Assembly (NCBI RefSeq): GCF_938015785.1
Contig: NZ_CALLWC010000066.1
Location: 12,906-44,905, forward strand
Direction: 5' to 3'
Length of the DNA: 32,000 nucleotides
Source: an uncultured Campylobacter sp.
GTDB taxonomy: Bacteria; Campylobacterota; Campylobacteria; Campylobacterales; Campylobacteraceae
This document shows, in pieces, positions 8,737 to 17,617 of the stretch. The notes under the pieces are model-generated. The model saw nothing but the letters and a program-made list of their open reading frames with translations. It did not search any database and was not told where the DNA came from. The position numbers and the translations under genes are program-made. Positions within the stretch are counted from its first letter, which is position 1. Each line of letters opens with the position of its first letter.

Positions 8737-9309
8737 ATGAAAAACTTAATCATTCTAGCTCATCCGGACATTAAAAATTCGCTCATAAACAAACGGTTTT
8801 TGAAAGAGGCTGCCGCGCAAAGCTTCGCCGTGCGCGACCTAGCGCGCGAGTATCCTAGCGGCGAGATAGACGGCGAGCGCGAGCGCGCGATAATCAAAGC
8901 CCACGACGCGCTGGTGCTGCAATTTCCGCTGCATAATTTCTCCTCGCCCGCGATTTTAAAAAGCTGGATGGATGCGACGATGACGTATGGATTTGCCTAC
9001 GGGCGCGCGAACGAGGGCATTCGCGGGCGCGCCGTGGCGCTGGCGGTGAGCGCAGGCATCAAGCGCGCCGACTACGCGCCTAGCGGGCGGTATCATTTCA
9101 CGATGGAGCAGATTTTAGCGCCGTTTGAGCTGGCATTTCGCTACTATTTTCATGCCGACTGGCGCGGATTTTTCGCGTTTTACGGCGCCGAGGAGACGCC
9201 CGGCGTGGATTACCAAAGCAGCGCCGAACAGATAGAAAAAGGCGCGGCGGAGTACGCGGAATTTTTAAGAAATTTAGGCGCAAAGAGCGGCGCGGGTAAA
9301 GAATTTTAA
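8737..9309 (+). CDS. Flavodoxin-like fold NAD(P)H (quinone) oxidoreductase, KefG/KefF-like (second paralog)
   Basis: MKNLIILAHPD..., LVLQFPLHNFSSPAILKSWMD and LAPFELAF match the KefG/KefF pattern. 190 aa. RBS AAAGGAAA. Confidence 0.8.
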   Translation: MKNLIILAHPDIKNSLINKRFLKEAAAQSFAVRDLAREYPSGEIDGERERAIIKAHDALVLQFPLHNFSSPAILKSWMDATMTYGFAYGRANEGIRGRAVALAVSAGIKRADYAPSGRYHFTMEQILAPFELAFRYYFHADWRGFFAFYGAEETPGVDYQSSAEQIEKGAAEYAEFLRNLGAKSGAGKEF

Positions 9310-9425
9310 GTTAAAAGTAAACTCGATTTTGGGGCTAAATTTTAAAATTTAAGCCTCGTTTCGAGCTTGAACTGCGCCCTTGAAATAAAGAAAGTCGCGA
9401 TAAAATTTTACACGAAGCGTTAAAT

Positions 9426-9821
9426 TTAGCCCGCGCGGTTTATAGATAATTCAGCATGCAGGCCGACTGCTTCCGTAAATTTTAATTTAAAGAAATTCCG
9501 TGCCGTTTTAAGCGCTCTTACGACGCTGTGTCGCCCCGAAAAATAGATCTCACTTGCGCTAAAAACGTCCGCTCTGCCTGCCGCGAGAATAAAATTCTAC
9601 CGGTCGATACGGCGTGTCTGCTAGCCATCTAAATCGTCGAAATATAAAATTTGCCGCAGCTTGTCGTGCAGGCTGCAAAAATGCGCAGTCGCACCGTCTG
9701 CGAGTAGCATTAAAGACGCGACAATAAGCGGGCCGTAAAGCACGGGGCGCGGCAAAATTTTACAACGCGCCTTTTTGAGCTCGTCAAGCCGCTTGCTCAG
9801 CAGAGTAAAGCAAAATTTCAT
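9426..9821 (-). pseudogene. Possible decayed ORF (132-codon frame with two in-frame TAG stops)
   Basis: The 66-aa ORF 9621-9821 continues in the same frame after TAG (9621-9623) as QTRRIDR. After a second TAG (9597-9599) it continues as NFILAAGRADVFSASEIYFSGRHSVVRALKTARNFFKLKFTEAVGLHAELSINRAG. No family recognised, and the statistical support is weak. Confidence 0.2.
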
Positions 9822-9830
9822 AGCCGCGCG

Positions 9831-9925
9831 GAATTCCGCTTAGTAAAGCAAAACTCCGCCTTACTAAACAAAATTCCGCCCGCTAAATAAAATTCCGCCG
9901 AGCAAAGTAAAATTTCGCGGTGGAA
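9831..9925. repeat. Five degenerate ~20-nt direct repeats, core AAAAYTCCGCC
   Basis: The units start near 9831 (GAATTCCGC), 9850 (AAAACTCCGCC), 9870 (AAAATTCCGCC), 9889 (AAAATTCCGCC) and 9909 (AAAATTTCGCGG). The period is 19-20 nt. Confidence 0.65.
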
Positions 9926-9974
9926 TGAACGAGCCAAATTTAAAATCAAATCTGCGCGCGGAGCAGAAAGCGCC

Positions 9975-11219
9975 CTAGCTAAGCTCGCGCCCCTCCTCTG
10001 TCGCTAACGTTATGATCTGCTTAACCACTTCGCTCGCCGCTTTTAAAGAGCCTACAGGCAGATACTCGTAGATCGAGTGGAAATTATGCCCGCCGGTAAA
10101 GAGGTTCGGGCACGGCAGCCCCTTTGCGGAGATGACGGCGCCGTCGTAGCCGCCTCGCATAGGCTTGATATTAGGCTCGATATTTAGGCTTTTAAAAGCT
10201 TGCTTCGCAAATCGAATTGCCGGCGCCTCGTCGTTTTTCAAAAAGTTATAGACGTTTTTATAACGGTCGTTTAGCGAAATTTCGATCCGATCGCCCCAGA
10301 TCGCGCGAAGCCCGTCCGCAGTTTTTTGCAAAAATTCCATGCGCTGCGCGTATCTTTTCTCGTCAAATTCCCTCACGTCGATCTTTAGGACGGTCTTTGC
10401 GCTGTTACCGCTAAGCTCCTTGACCCAAAAATAGCCCTCCTTGCCCTCTGTGTATTCGGGCGTCTCGCCCGCGGGCAGCAGTGAGATAAACTTATGCGCC
10501 AAAAGCAAGGAATTTATGAGCTTGCCCTTGGCGTTCATCGGATGAGCGGACTCGCCTTTGAAGGTAACGACGCAATCGCCCGCATTCCAATTCTCGTAGA
10601 TAAACTCGCCGATGCCGCAGCAATCAAGGCAGTAGCCGAAATCCGCGCCTACCTCGCTTACGTCCAGCGCCTTTGCCCCTAGCAAGCCCTGCTCCTCATC
10701 CGGCACGAAGCAAGCGGTTATTTCGCCGTGTTTGATCTGCGGATTTTGGACGAAAAATTCTAGCGCATTTACGATTGCGGCGATCGCCGCTTTATCGTCG
10801 GCGCCTAGCAAGCTGGTGCCGTCCGTTACGATGATCTCATCTCCTTTATAATCTTGCAGCTCCTCATTTTCGCTCTCTTTAAGATAGATCCCAAGCTCTT
10901 TATTCAGGCATATATCGCCACCTTCGTATCTTACGATCTGCGCTTTGGTGTCGCCGCTCTGTTCAGCGCTGGTATCGAGGTGAGCGAAAAACGCTATGCT
11001 CGCAGCGGGCGCGTCTAAATTTGAGGGAATTTTAGCGATTAAAATCGACTTTTCGCTAAGGCTGATATTTTTTATGCCCAGAGCTTCGAGCTCGACTTTT
11101 ATGAGACCTGCAAGCTCGAGCTCCTTGGGATTTGAGGGCATTATGCCCGCTGCACCCGCGACCCTATTCGTGGTAGTGTTGATCTTGGTGTAGTTTAAAA
11201 ATCTCTGCACGATATCCAC
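9975..11219 (-). CDS. pepT: Peptidase T (tripeptide aminopeptidase, M20B)
   Basis: Metal-ligand motifs FFAHLDTS, LLGADDKAAIAAIV and FVPDEEQGLLGA. 414 aa. GTG start 8 nt after AAAAGG. Confidence 0.9.
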   Translation of the reverse strand: MDIVQRFLNYTKINTTTNRVAGAAGIMPSNPKELELAGLIKVELEALGIKNISLSEKSILIAKIPSNLDAPAASIAFFAHLDTSAEQSGDTKAQIVRYEGGDICLNKELGIYLKESENEELQDYKGDEIIVTDGTSLLGADDKAAIAAIVNALEFFVQNPQIKHGEITACFVPDEEQGLLGAKALDVSEVGADFGYCLDCCGIGEFIYENWNAGDCVVTFKGESAHPMNAKGKLINSLLLAHKFISLLPAGETPEYTEGKEGYFWVKELSGNSAKTVLKIDVREFDEKRYAQRMEFLQKTADGLRAIWGDRIEISLNDRYKNVYNFLKNDEAPAIRFAKQAFKSLNIEPNIKPMRGGYDGAVISAKGLPCPNLFTGGHNFHSIYEYLPVGSLKAASEVVKQIITLATEEGRELS

Positions 11220-11231
11220 AAATAAGCCTTT

Positions 11232-12575
11232 TTACAAAATGAAAAATGCGATGACGCAGACGGATAGAAACATCCCAAGAGCCGTTCTTTTGGCGATCTG
11301 AATAGGATTTACCATCGCAAGTCCCGCGCAAACGATACAAGCGCCCGCAATCGGCGATGCGCTCCTGCCTAGCGCGCCGCTTATCGCAACCGCCATACCG
11401 AGCTTATCTTGCTCAAAACCCAGCGCGTCGGCGTGCACGGTCACGGCGGTATTAAACGCCATCGACGCCGCATCTCCAGAGCCCGTTACGACGCCCATAA
11501 AAAACGGCACGAAAGTTCCGCCGAATTTTACGTAGCCCTGCTCATTTTTAAGCCACTCGATTACGAAATCGATCGCTCCGCACGCGCTAAGCCCCGCGAC
11601 GAAGACGCCCGCTGCGATGATGATACCTATGATCTCGGCATACGCGCTACCCATTCCTTTGAAAAATTCCTTCGTAATTTTTTGAGGATCGGTTAGAGTA
11701 ACGGCGATGGTGAGGATAGCACCCAGTAGCATCGCTTCGGCGACGCCCATCTTCGTCCACTTTAGGAAAGAGACCTGATTTAGGCTCGTGCCGCCGATTA
11801 CCAAGATCACTAGCGGCACTAGCGGCATAAGCGCGTATAAGACGTTTATCTTTTGAGGCTGCGCGTCTAAATTTGAACCGTCGGCGGAATTTGACGCAAC
11901 GGAATTTGCGACGCCCTCCTTTTGTGCGAGATAATTCACCCCTTTGGTGTAGTCTTTGCAAACTATCGCCGTTATACTCATTACGATCAAAACCACGATC
12001 AAAGCGGTAATCGCGCTAGAAAACTGCACCCCGATGACGTCTTGAACCGTGTAGGAGGGGTTGTGCGCCTTTACCATATCGGCTACAAATACGTTGTGCG
12101 CCGAGCCCGGGCTTAAAACGCTACCAAAAGTTCCCGCAAATACCGCAGCTCCCGCCATCTCAGGTTTAACGCCCGCAGCCATCATCACGGGGATCAGCGT
12201 AGCGCCGACCGCAGCCGAGCAGCCCGCAGCGGAGGGGATAGCGATATTGATAAAATATGTAAGCGCCACGACGATAGGGATCAATAAAAATCCGATATTG
12301 CCAAGAGGTCTGGTTAGCAAATTTACAAGGGCGCGGTCGCATTCGGTAAATTTCATCACGAAGGCAAAACCCATGCTGGCGCAGATCGCCTTAATAAGAC
12401 CTGCTTTAGTCATATACGAGGTAAAGGCATTTAGCCCGTCCAGCGGCTTTAGACAAAGCACGCACAGCACTAAACCCACGCCGATAAGCACGGTTTTGGT
12501 ATCCTTTTTCATGATCAGTAAAGCGACGACTGCGACGATACCCGCAAGCGCCAAAAGTAACCTAAGTGTCTCCAC
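11232..12575 (-). CDS. DcuC-family (C4-dicarboxylate anaerobic carrier type) transporter
   Basis: 447 aa and polytopic. The segment GFAFVMKFTECDRALVNLLTRPL...IAIPSAAGCSAAVGATLIPVMMAAGV aligns with the corresponding region of E. coli DcuC as recalled. GTG start 5 nt after AAAGGAG. Substrate unknown. Confidence 0.75.
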   Translation of the reverse strand: METLRLLLALAGIVAVVALLIMKKDTKTVLIGVGLVLCVLCLKPLDGLNAFTSYMTKAGLIKAICASMGFAFVMKFTECDRALVNLLTRPLGNIGFLLIPIVVALTYFINIAIPSAAGCSAAVGATLIPVMMAAGVKPEMAGAAVFAGTFGSVLSPGSAHNVFVADMVKAHNPSYTVQDVIGVQFSSAITALIVVLIVMSITAIVCKDYTKGVNYLAQKEGVANSVASNSADGSNLDAQPQKINVLYALMPLVPLVILVIGGTSLNQVSFLKWTKMGVAEAMLLGAILTIAVTLTDPQKITKEFFKGMGSAYAEIIGIIIAAGVFVAGLSACGAIDFVIEWLKNEQGYVKFGGTFVPFFMGVVTGSGDAASMAFNTAVTVHADALGFEQDKLGMAVAISGALGRSASPIAGACIVCAGLAMVNPIQIAKRTALGMFLSVCVIAFFIL

Positions 12576-12586
12576 GATAACTCCTT

Positions 12587-13285
12587 TTAAATTTTAAATT
12601 TACCTCCCACGGCGATGCGCGAGATCTCTTTTTTATACTCGAATTTCAGCACGTCCGCATGCCCCATCACTTCGCACTCGTTTCCGTTTATCAAAAACGC
12701 GCTACCCTCGGGCATAGCATAGACGCTGTCGTTTTGATTGACGATCAAAAACTCCTCCAGCCGCTCCTCCCTGCTCTCGCCGTTGTGGTTTGAAATTTTA
12801 CCGCTTATGAAGTGTGGATTGATCTGATGCGGAAAGATCCCCAAAGCTACCGGCGAGGGCGGAAAGACGATCGGCATGTCGTTGGTGGTCATCATCGTCT
12901 TGCCCGCGACGTTTGCGCCAGCAGACCAGCCGAAATACGGCGTACCGCCGTCCACCGCCTCTTTGATCGCACCTAAGAGATCAAATTTATAAAGCTCATT
13001 TAGCAGCACGAAGGTATTGCCGCCGCCGATGCAGATCGATTTGGCGTTTTTAACGGCGGCTTTCATATCGGAAAAGTGGTGAATCGATCTGATATTGTTG
13101 CTCTCCAAGCAGTCCGCGACCTTCTGCTCGTATTGCTCGCTTGTGCGCCTAACGCCCGCAAACGGAATAAATAAAATTTCATCCTCCCAAAGACCCCCTA
13201 AAAATTCCTTGATCCACCCCTTGCAGTGGTTCAGATAACCGCTGTCTTTGTAACTGGAGGCGCTTAGAAGTAGTGCTCTTTTCAT
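12587..13285 (-). CDS. pepE: Dipeptidase E (alpha-aspartyl dipeptidase, S51)
   Basis: GGGNTFVLL, GWSAGANV (nucleophile Ser), TTNDMPIV and QINPHF (His) match the PepE catalytic motifs. 232 aa. Confidence 0.9.
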   Translation of the reverse strand: MKRALLLSASSYKDSGYLNHCKGWIKEFLGGLWEDEILFIPFAGVRRTSEQYEQKVADCLESNNIRSIHHFSDMKAAVKNAKSICIGGGNTFVLLNELYKFDLLGAIKEAVDGGTPYFGWSAGANVAGKTMMTTNDMPIVFPPSPVALGIFPHQINPHFISGKISNHNGESREERLEEFLIVNQNDSVYAMPEGSAFLINGNECEVMGHADVLKFEYKKEISRIAVGGKFKI

Positions 13286-13295
13286 ACCGCTTTCC

Positions 13296-14612
13296 TTAAG
13301 CTTTGCCGTTTAGCTTATACGCGCAGCGCAGATAAACGTCCACTCCCGCAAGCAGCGAGTCCTCGTCGAAGTCAAATTTGCCGTTGTGATGCCCCGCCGC
13401 AAGCGTCGTGCCGATCATCAGATATCCGCTCTTGCCGCCCGCATCTTGCACCGAGCGCATAAAATGCGCGAAGTCCTCGCATGCGCCGAAATTTAGCTCC
13501 CTTACGATCTTGTCGTTATCGATAAACGGCGATGCCTTCGCCGCATCCTCGTAAAGCTGCGTTGTAGCCTCATCGCTATCGCCGCCTGCGGTGCCGCCCG
13601 TGACCTGCACGTCGTAGCTGACGCCGTAAATTTTAGAAACGCCCTCCACTATGTCCATACATTTGGCCTTCATAAACTCATTCAGCTCCGTGCTCTCGCC
13701 GCGAGTCTCGCACGCGAGATAGCCGTTAGGCGCGATGACGTTGCGTCCTTCGCCTGCGCGCAGTACGCCTACGTTGATACGCGTGACGCCGTCCGCGTGC
13801 CTCGTGATGCCGTGCATATCAAGCGCCATCTCGGCTGCCGCGAGCAGAGCATTGGCTCCGTTTTGCGGCGCGCCCGCTGCGTGAGCGGACTTACCCTTTA
13901 AATTTACGTCAAATTTAGTGGTCGCGAGTAGCTTTTTGGTGCCGCAGATGATGCCTCTCATGGTAGTCGCCTGAAAGCCGATATGACCGCCCAGCAAGTA
14001 ATCCACGCCCTTGGTAACGCCCGCAGCTTCCATACCCACGGCGCCCCTGGTGCCCTCCTCGGCGGTTTGAAAGATAAATCTAAATTTACCGCTAAAATCA
14101 TCTAAGCTCTGCGCGATGAGCTTCGCTAAAGCAAGCCCCATCGTGATATGCCCATCGTGCCCGCACGCGTGCGTAATGCCGCTAATATCGGAGCGAAAGC
14201 CCTCCTTAAAAGGGCGGTGGTCCGCGTCCGTACTCTCGGTCACATCCACGCCGTCTATGTCAAATCTAAAAGCGACCGTCTTGCCCGCGCGCCCTGTGTC
14301 GATCTGCGCCACTAGACCCGTTAGCCCGTCCTCCATCGCATCAAGAAATTTTATCTGATCTGCGTTTAGAAGCCCCTCGGCGCGCTGCTTCGCCTTCTCG
14401 CAGGCATCCTTGCTACCTACGCCCTGCCTTGCCTCAGCCTTTACAACCTCGCGACCGAGCTTTATCTCATAGCCCAAGCGCTGCATACGATCTGCGATAA
14501 CCGCGGTCGTAAAAAAGGTAAACCAGCCCGTCTCGGGATGCGAGTGGAAAAACCTGCGATCCCCGATCATCTCGCCTTTGAGCGCCTCTACTTTTTGTGC
14601 GATAGCATCCAT
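13296..14612 (-). CDS. M20D amidohydrolase, AbgA-like (aminobenzoyl-glutamate hydrolase subunit A family)
   Basis: LGREVV, GLTGLVAQIDTGR, HACGHDGH, FQTAEEGTRGA, ATTKFD, NALLAAA, NVGVLRAGEGRNV and LAAGHHNGKFDFDE follow the E. coli AbgA sequence as I recall it, over the full length. 438 aa. Confidence 0.85.
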   Translation of the reverse strand: MDAIAQKVEALKGEMIGDRRFFHSHPETGWFTFFTTAVIADRMQRLGYEIKLGREVVKAEARQGVGSKDACEKAKQRAEGLLNADQIKFLDAMEDGLTGLVAQIDTGRAGKTVAFRFDIDGVDVTESTDADHRPFKEGFRSDISGITHACGHDGHITMGLALAKLIAQSLDDFSGKFRFIFQTAEEGTRGAVGMEAAGVTKGVDYLLGGHIGFQATTMRGIICGTKKLLATTKFDVNLKGKSAHAAGAPQNGANALLAAAEMALDMHGITRHADGVTRINVGVLRAGEGRNVIAPNGYLACETRGESTELNEFMKAKCMDIVEGVSKIYGVSYDVQVTGGTAGGDSDEATTQLYEDAAKASPFIDNDKIVRELNFGACEDFAHFMRSVQDAGGKSGYLMIGTTLAAGHHNGKFDFDEDSLLAGVDVYLRCAYKLNGKA

Positions 14613-14622
14613 TTTCTCTCCT

Positions 14623-15861
14623 TTATTCTCTGGCTAAATTTAACATCGCCGCAGCTAGAACCTTCGTAGCGGCGAAAGCGTCGTTCCAGTTTATGCTTTC
14701 GTTTACGTTGTGGCTGATACCGTCCTTGCACGGCACGAAAAGCATCCCCACGCGATCCGCAAGCTCCGTCATATTCATCGCGTCGTGTCCCGCGCCGCTA
14801 GGAAGCCTCAGGCTTGGAATTTTAAGCTCGCAGGCACAGCTCTCAAGCAGATTTATCATCTCCTCGCTTAGCTTTACAGGGCGATCTTTGATGAGATTTT
14901 TTAGTTCAAATCTGCATCCTCGGCGAGCACAAATTTCATCTATCGCGGCGCAAATTTCATCGTCCGCCGCCCTGAGTGCTTCCTCGTCTATATCGCGTAT
15001 ATCAAGGCCTAGCGTGCAGGCGCCCGGGATCACGTTTAGCACGCCGGGCAGTGCGTTTGCATAGCCCGTCGTCGCGACCGTGGTTTTGCCCGCCTTAGCG
15101 ATCCTCTCCGCGCTTAAAACGATCTCGCTAGCGCAAGCTAGGGCGTCGCAGCGCATATCCATCGGCGTAGCGCCGCTGTGATCGGCTCTGCCCTCGATCC
15201 ACAGCTCGTATCGCACGGGCGCGGCGATACCCGTGACGATGCCTACTGGGATGCCCCGCCTCTGCAATACCGGCCCCTGCTCGATATGAAGCTCGATATA
15301 GCTATGAAAGCTGGATTTTGGCAGGATGCAGCTTTTTAAATTTGCGGGATTTAGCCCGAAAGCCTCCATGGCGTCAAATAGCGAAATTCCGTCCCCATCC
15401 TTTAGCTCGTCTAGCCGCTTTTGTGAGAGCTTGCCGCTAATTATCTTGCTGCCTACGGTCGCCATTTTAAAGCGGCTCGATTCCTCGCAAACAAAGACGA
15501 TGAGCTCCAACGGGCGCGCAAGCTTTTCGCCGCTATCTCGCACCGCTCGGATCGCCTCCAAAGCAGCCATGACGCCCAGCGTGCCGTCGTAAAAGCCGCC
15601 CTGCGGTACGCTATCGATATGCGAGCCAGCACTTACGGACGGCAGATCGGGATTTTGAACGCCTCCAAATTTAGCGAAAATATTGCCCGTATCGTCGATT
15701 TTGATCTTGAAATTTTCTTTTTGAAGTAGCGATATGAGGAAGTTGCGCGCCTCTTTATCCTCGCGCGAAAACGCAAGCCGCGTAAGCCCACCGCCCGCCA
15801 AAGCCCCAAAACGGCTTATCTGTTCGAACTCGCTTTTAAGGCGCCGTGTGTTTATGTCCAT
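14623..15861 (-). CDS. M20 Zn-hydrolase of the allantoate amidohydrolase / N-carbamoyl-L-amino-acid hydrolase family
   Basis: N-terminus with EFEQISRFG...GGLTRLAFS. GSHIDSVPQGGFYDGTLGV is the family signature. 412 aa. Confidence 0.85.
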   Translation of the reverse strand: MDINTRRLKSEFEQISRFGALAGGGLTRLAFSREDKEARNFLISLLQKENFKIKIDDTGNIFAKFGGVQNPDLPSVSAGSHIDSVPQGGFYDGTLGVMAALEAIRAVRDSGEKLARPLELIVFVCEESSRFKMATVGSKIISGKLSQKRLDELKDGDGISLFDAMEAFGLNPANLKSCILPKSSFHSYIELHIEQGPVLQRRGIPVGIVTGIAAPVRYELWIEGRADHSGATPMDMRCDALACASEIVLSAERIAKAGKTTVATTGYANALPGVLNVIPGACTLGLDIRDIDEEALRAADDEICAAIDEICARRGCRFELKNLIKDRPVKLSEEMINLLESCACELKIPSLRLPSGAGHDAMNMTELADRVGMLFVPCKDGISHNVNESINWNDAFAATKVLAAAMLNLARE

Positions 15862-15910
15862 AAATCCCCTTTTTTAAAAAATTTATGAATACGGCATTTT
15901 AATATTAAAT

Positions 15911-15920
15911 TTATATAACA
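15911..15920 (-). promoter_or_regulatory. Candidate extended -10 (TGTTATATAA) for the peptidase operon
   Basis: The reverse complement of 15911-15920 reads TGTTATATAA, about 50 nt upstream of the ATG at 15861, with an A/T-rich upstream region. Prediction from sequence only. Confidence 0.35.
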
Positions 15921-16243
15921 AAGCTGAAATTTATCTATCGCGGCGGCGCATACCAGCACTAAACCGCATGGACAAGAGCAAATATTTGTGGTAGCAAGAC
16001 TCGTATTCTAAATTTCAGCCGCCACAGAATATAAAATTTAAACCAACCCTGCCGTCAATCTCGCTGTAAAACATATAAGCGGCAGCAATGGCGTATCTAG
16101 CACGTCGTCACCTAGATTTAGCGGCAAATTTAATAGCAAAATTTAAAGCGTGGCACGATAAAATCTTAAAACAAAATTTCAAGTAGATTTTTAAATATAA
16201 AATTTCAAACGGAATCTTAAATGCAGAATTTCAAATAAATTTT

Positions 16244-16275
16244 AAAATTCCAAGAGTATCATCCCTTGGAATTTT
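16244..16275 (-). terminator. Intrinsic terminator downstream of accC
   Basis: Perfect 11-bp inverted repeat: AAAATTCCAAG (16244-16254) and CTTGGAATTTT (16265-16275), with a 10-nt loop. It begins 5 nt past the accC stop. On the minus strand the stem runs into TTTTAAAATTTATTT. Confidence 0.55.
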
Positions 16276-16279
16276 AAAT

Positions 16280-17617
16280 TTAATGCTTGGCTAGGTAATT
16301 TGTGTCGTAATTATTATCCACGAAATCGGGGTTATTCATCATCCTAAGATGAAAATCGCGCGTCGATTTTATGCCGCCGATGATGAGCTCATCTAGCGCG
16401 ACCTTCATCTTCGCGATCGCGCGCGCGCGGTCCTTGTCGTAAACGATGAGCTTGCCGATCATGCTGTCGTAGTAAGGCGGCACCGAGTAGCCCTCATAAA
16501 CGTGGCTATCCATTCGCACATTTCTGCCGCCCGGAGCGACGTATTTTGTGATTTTGCCCGGGTTTGGCATAAAGCTTTTGGAGTCCTCGGCGGTGATGCG
16601 ACACTCAAGCGCATGCCCGCTAAATTTTATCTCGCTTTGAGGCAGCAGCTTCTCGCCCTGCGCGATACGGATCATCCACTCGATCAGATCGAGCCCGCTT
16701 CGCATCTCGCTTACGGTGTGTTCGACCTGCAAGCGAGTATTCATCTCGATGAAGTAGAATTTCTTATCCTTACCGTCGTATAAAAACTCAAACGTTCCAG
16801 CACTTGCGTATCCGATCGCCTTAGCGGCGCGAACCGCCGTTTCGTGCAGGCTCTTTCGCGTCGGCTCGTCCAAGATCACGGCTGGGCTTTCTTCGATCAG
16901 CTTTTGATGGCGGCGCTGCATCGAGCAGTCGCGCTCGCCGATATGCACGACGTGTCCGTGCTCGTCGCCCAAGACCTGAACCTCTATGTGGCGCGGATTT
17001 GTGATATATTTTTCCATATACATCGTGCCGTCGCCGAATGCACTCATCGCTTCGCTTTCTGCCGACCAAAAGAGCTTTTCAATATCCTCTTCGCGCTCGA
17101 CCACGCGCATTCCGCGCCCGCCGCCGCCGGCTGCGGCTTTGATGATGACCGGATAGCCGATTTCAGCGGCTAGCTTGCGTGCTTCTTCGACGCTTGCGAT
17201 CGCGCCGTCGCTGCCAGGCACTACAGGAATGCCCGCGCGCATCATCACTTGCTTAGCCTTGCTCTTATCGCTCATTAAAGTCATTGCCTCGACGCTTGGA
17301 CCGATAAATTTAATGCCGTGCTTAGCGCAAATTTCTACGAAATTTTGACTTTCGCTCAAAAAGCCGTATCCCGGAAATATCGCGTCAGCTTCGGTTAGCT
17401 CGCAGGCCGTGATGATCGCGGGGATATTTAGGTAACTATCGCTACTGCGCGGTCCGCCTATACAGACCGACGCGTCGGCGTATTTGACGTAAAGCGCGTC
17501 CTGATCGGCGGTGGAGTGCACGACGATGGCTTGCTTGCCCATCTCTTGGATCGTGCGAAGCGCTCTAAGCGCTATCTCGCCACGATTTGCGATTAGAATT
17601 TTTTTAAGCTCCCTCAT
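16280..17617 (-). CDS. accC: Acetyl-CoA carboxylase biotin carboxylase subunit
   Basis: KILIANRGEIALR and the ATP-grasp glycine loop AAAGGGGRGMRVV. 445 aa. The ATG overlaps the accB stop (ATGA). Confidence 0.95.
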   Translation of the reverse strand: MRELKKILIANRGEIALRALRTIQEMGKQAIVVHSTADQDALYVKYADASVCIGGPRSSDSYLNIPAIITACELTEADAIFPGYGFLSESQNFVEICAKHGIKFIGPSVEAMTLMSDKSKAKQVMMRAGIPVVPGSDGAIASVEEARKLAAEIGYPVIIKAAAGGGGRGMRVVEREEDIEKLFWSAESEAMSAFGDGTMYMEKYITNPRHIEVQVLGDEHGHVVHIGERDCSMQRRHQKLIEESPAVILDEPTRKSLHETAVRAAKAIGYASAGTFEFLYDGKDKKFYFIEMNTRLQVEHTVSEMRSGLDLIEWMIRIAQGEKLLPQSEIKFSGHALECRITAEDSKSFMPNPGKITKYVAPGGRNVRMDSHVYEGYSVPPYYDSMIGKLIVYDKDRARAIAKMKVALDELIIGGIKSTRDFHLRMMNNPDFVDNNYDTNYLAKH

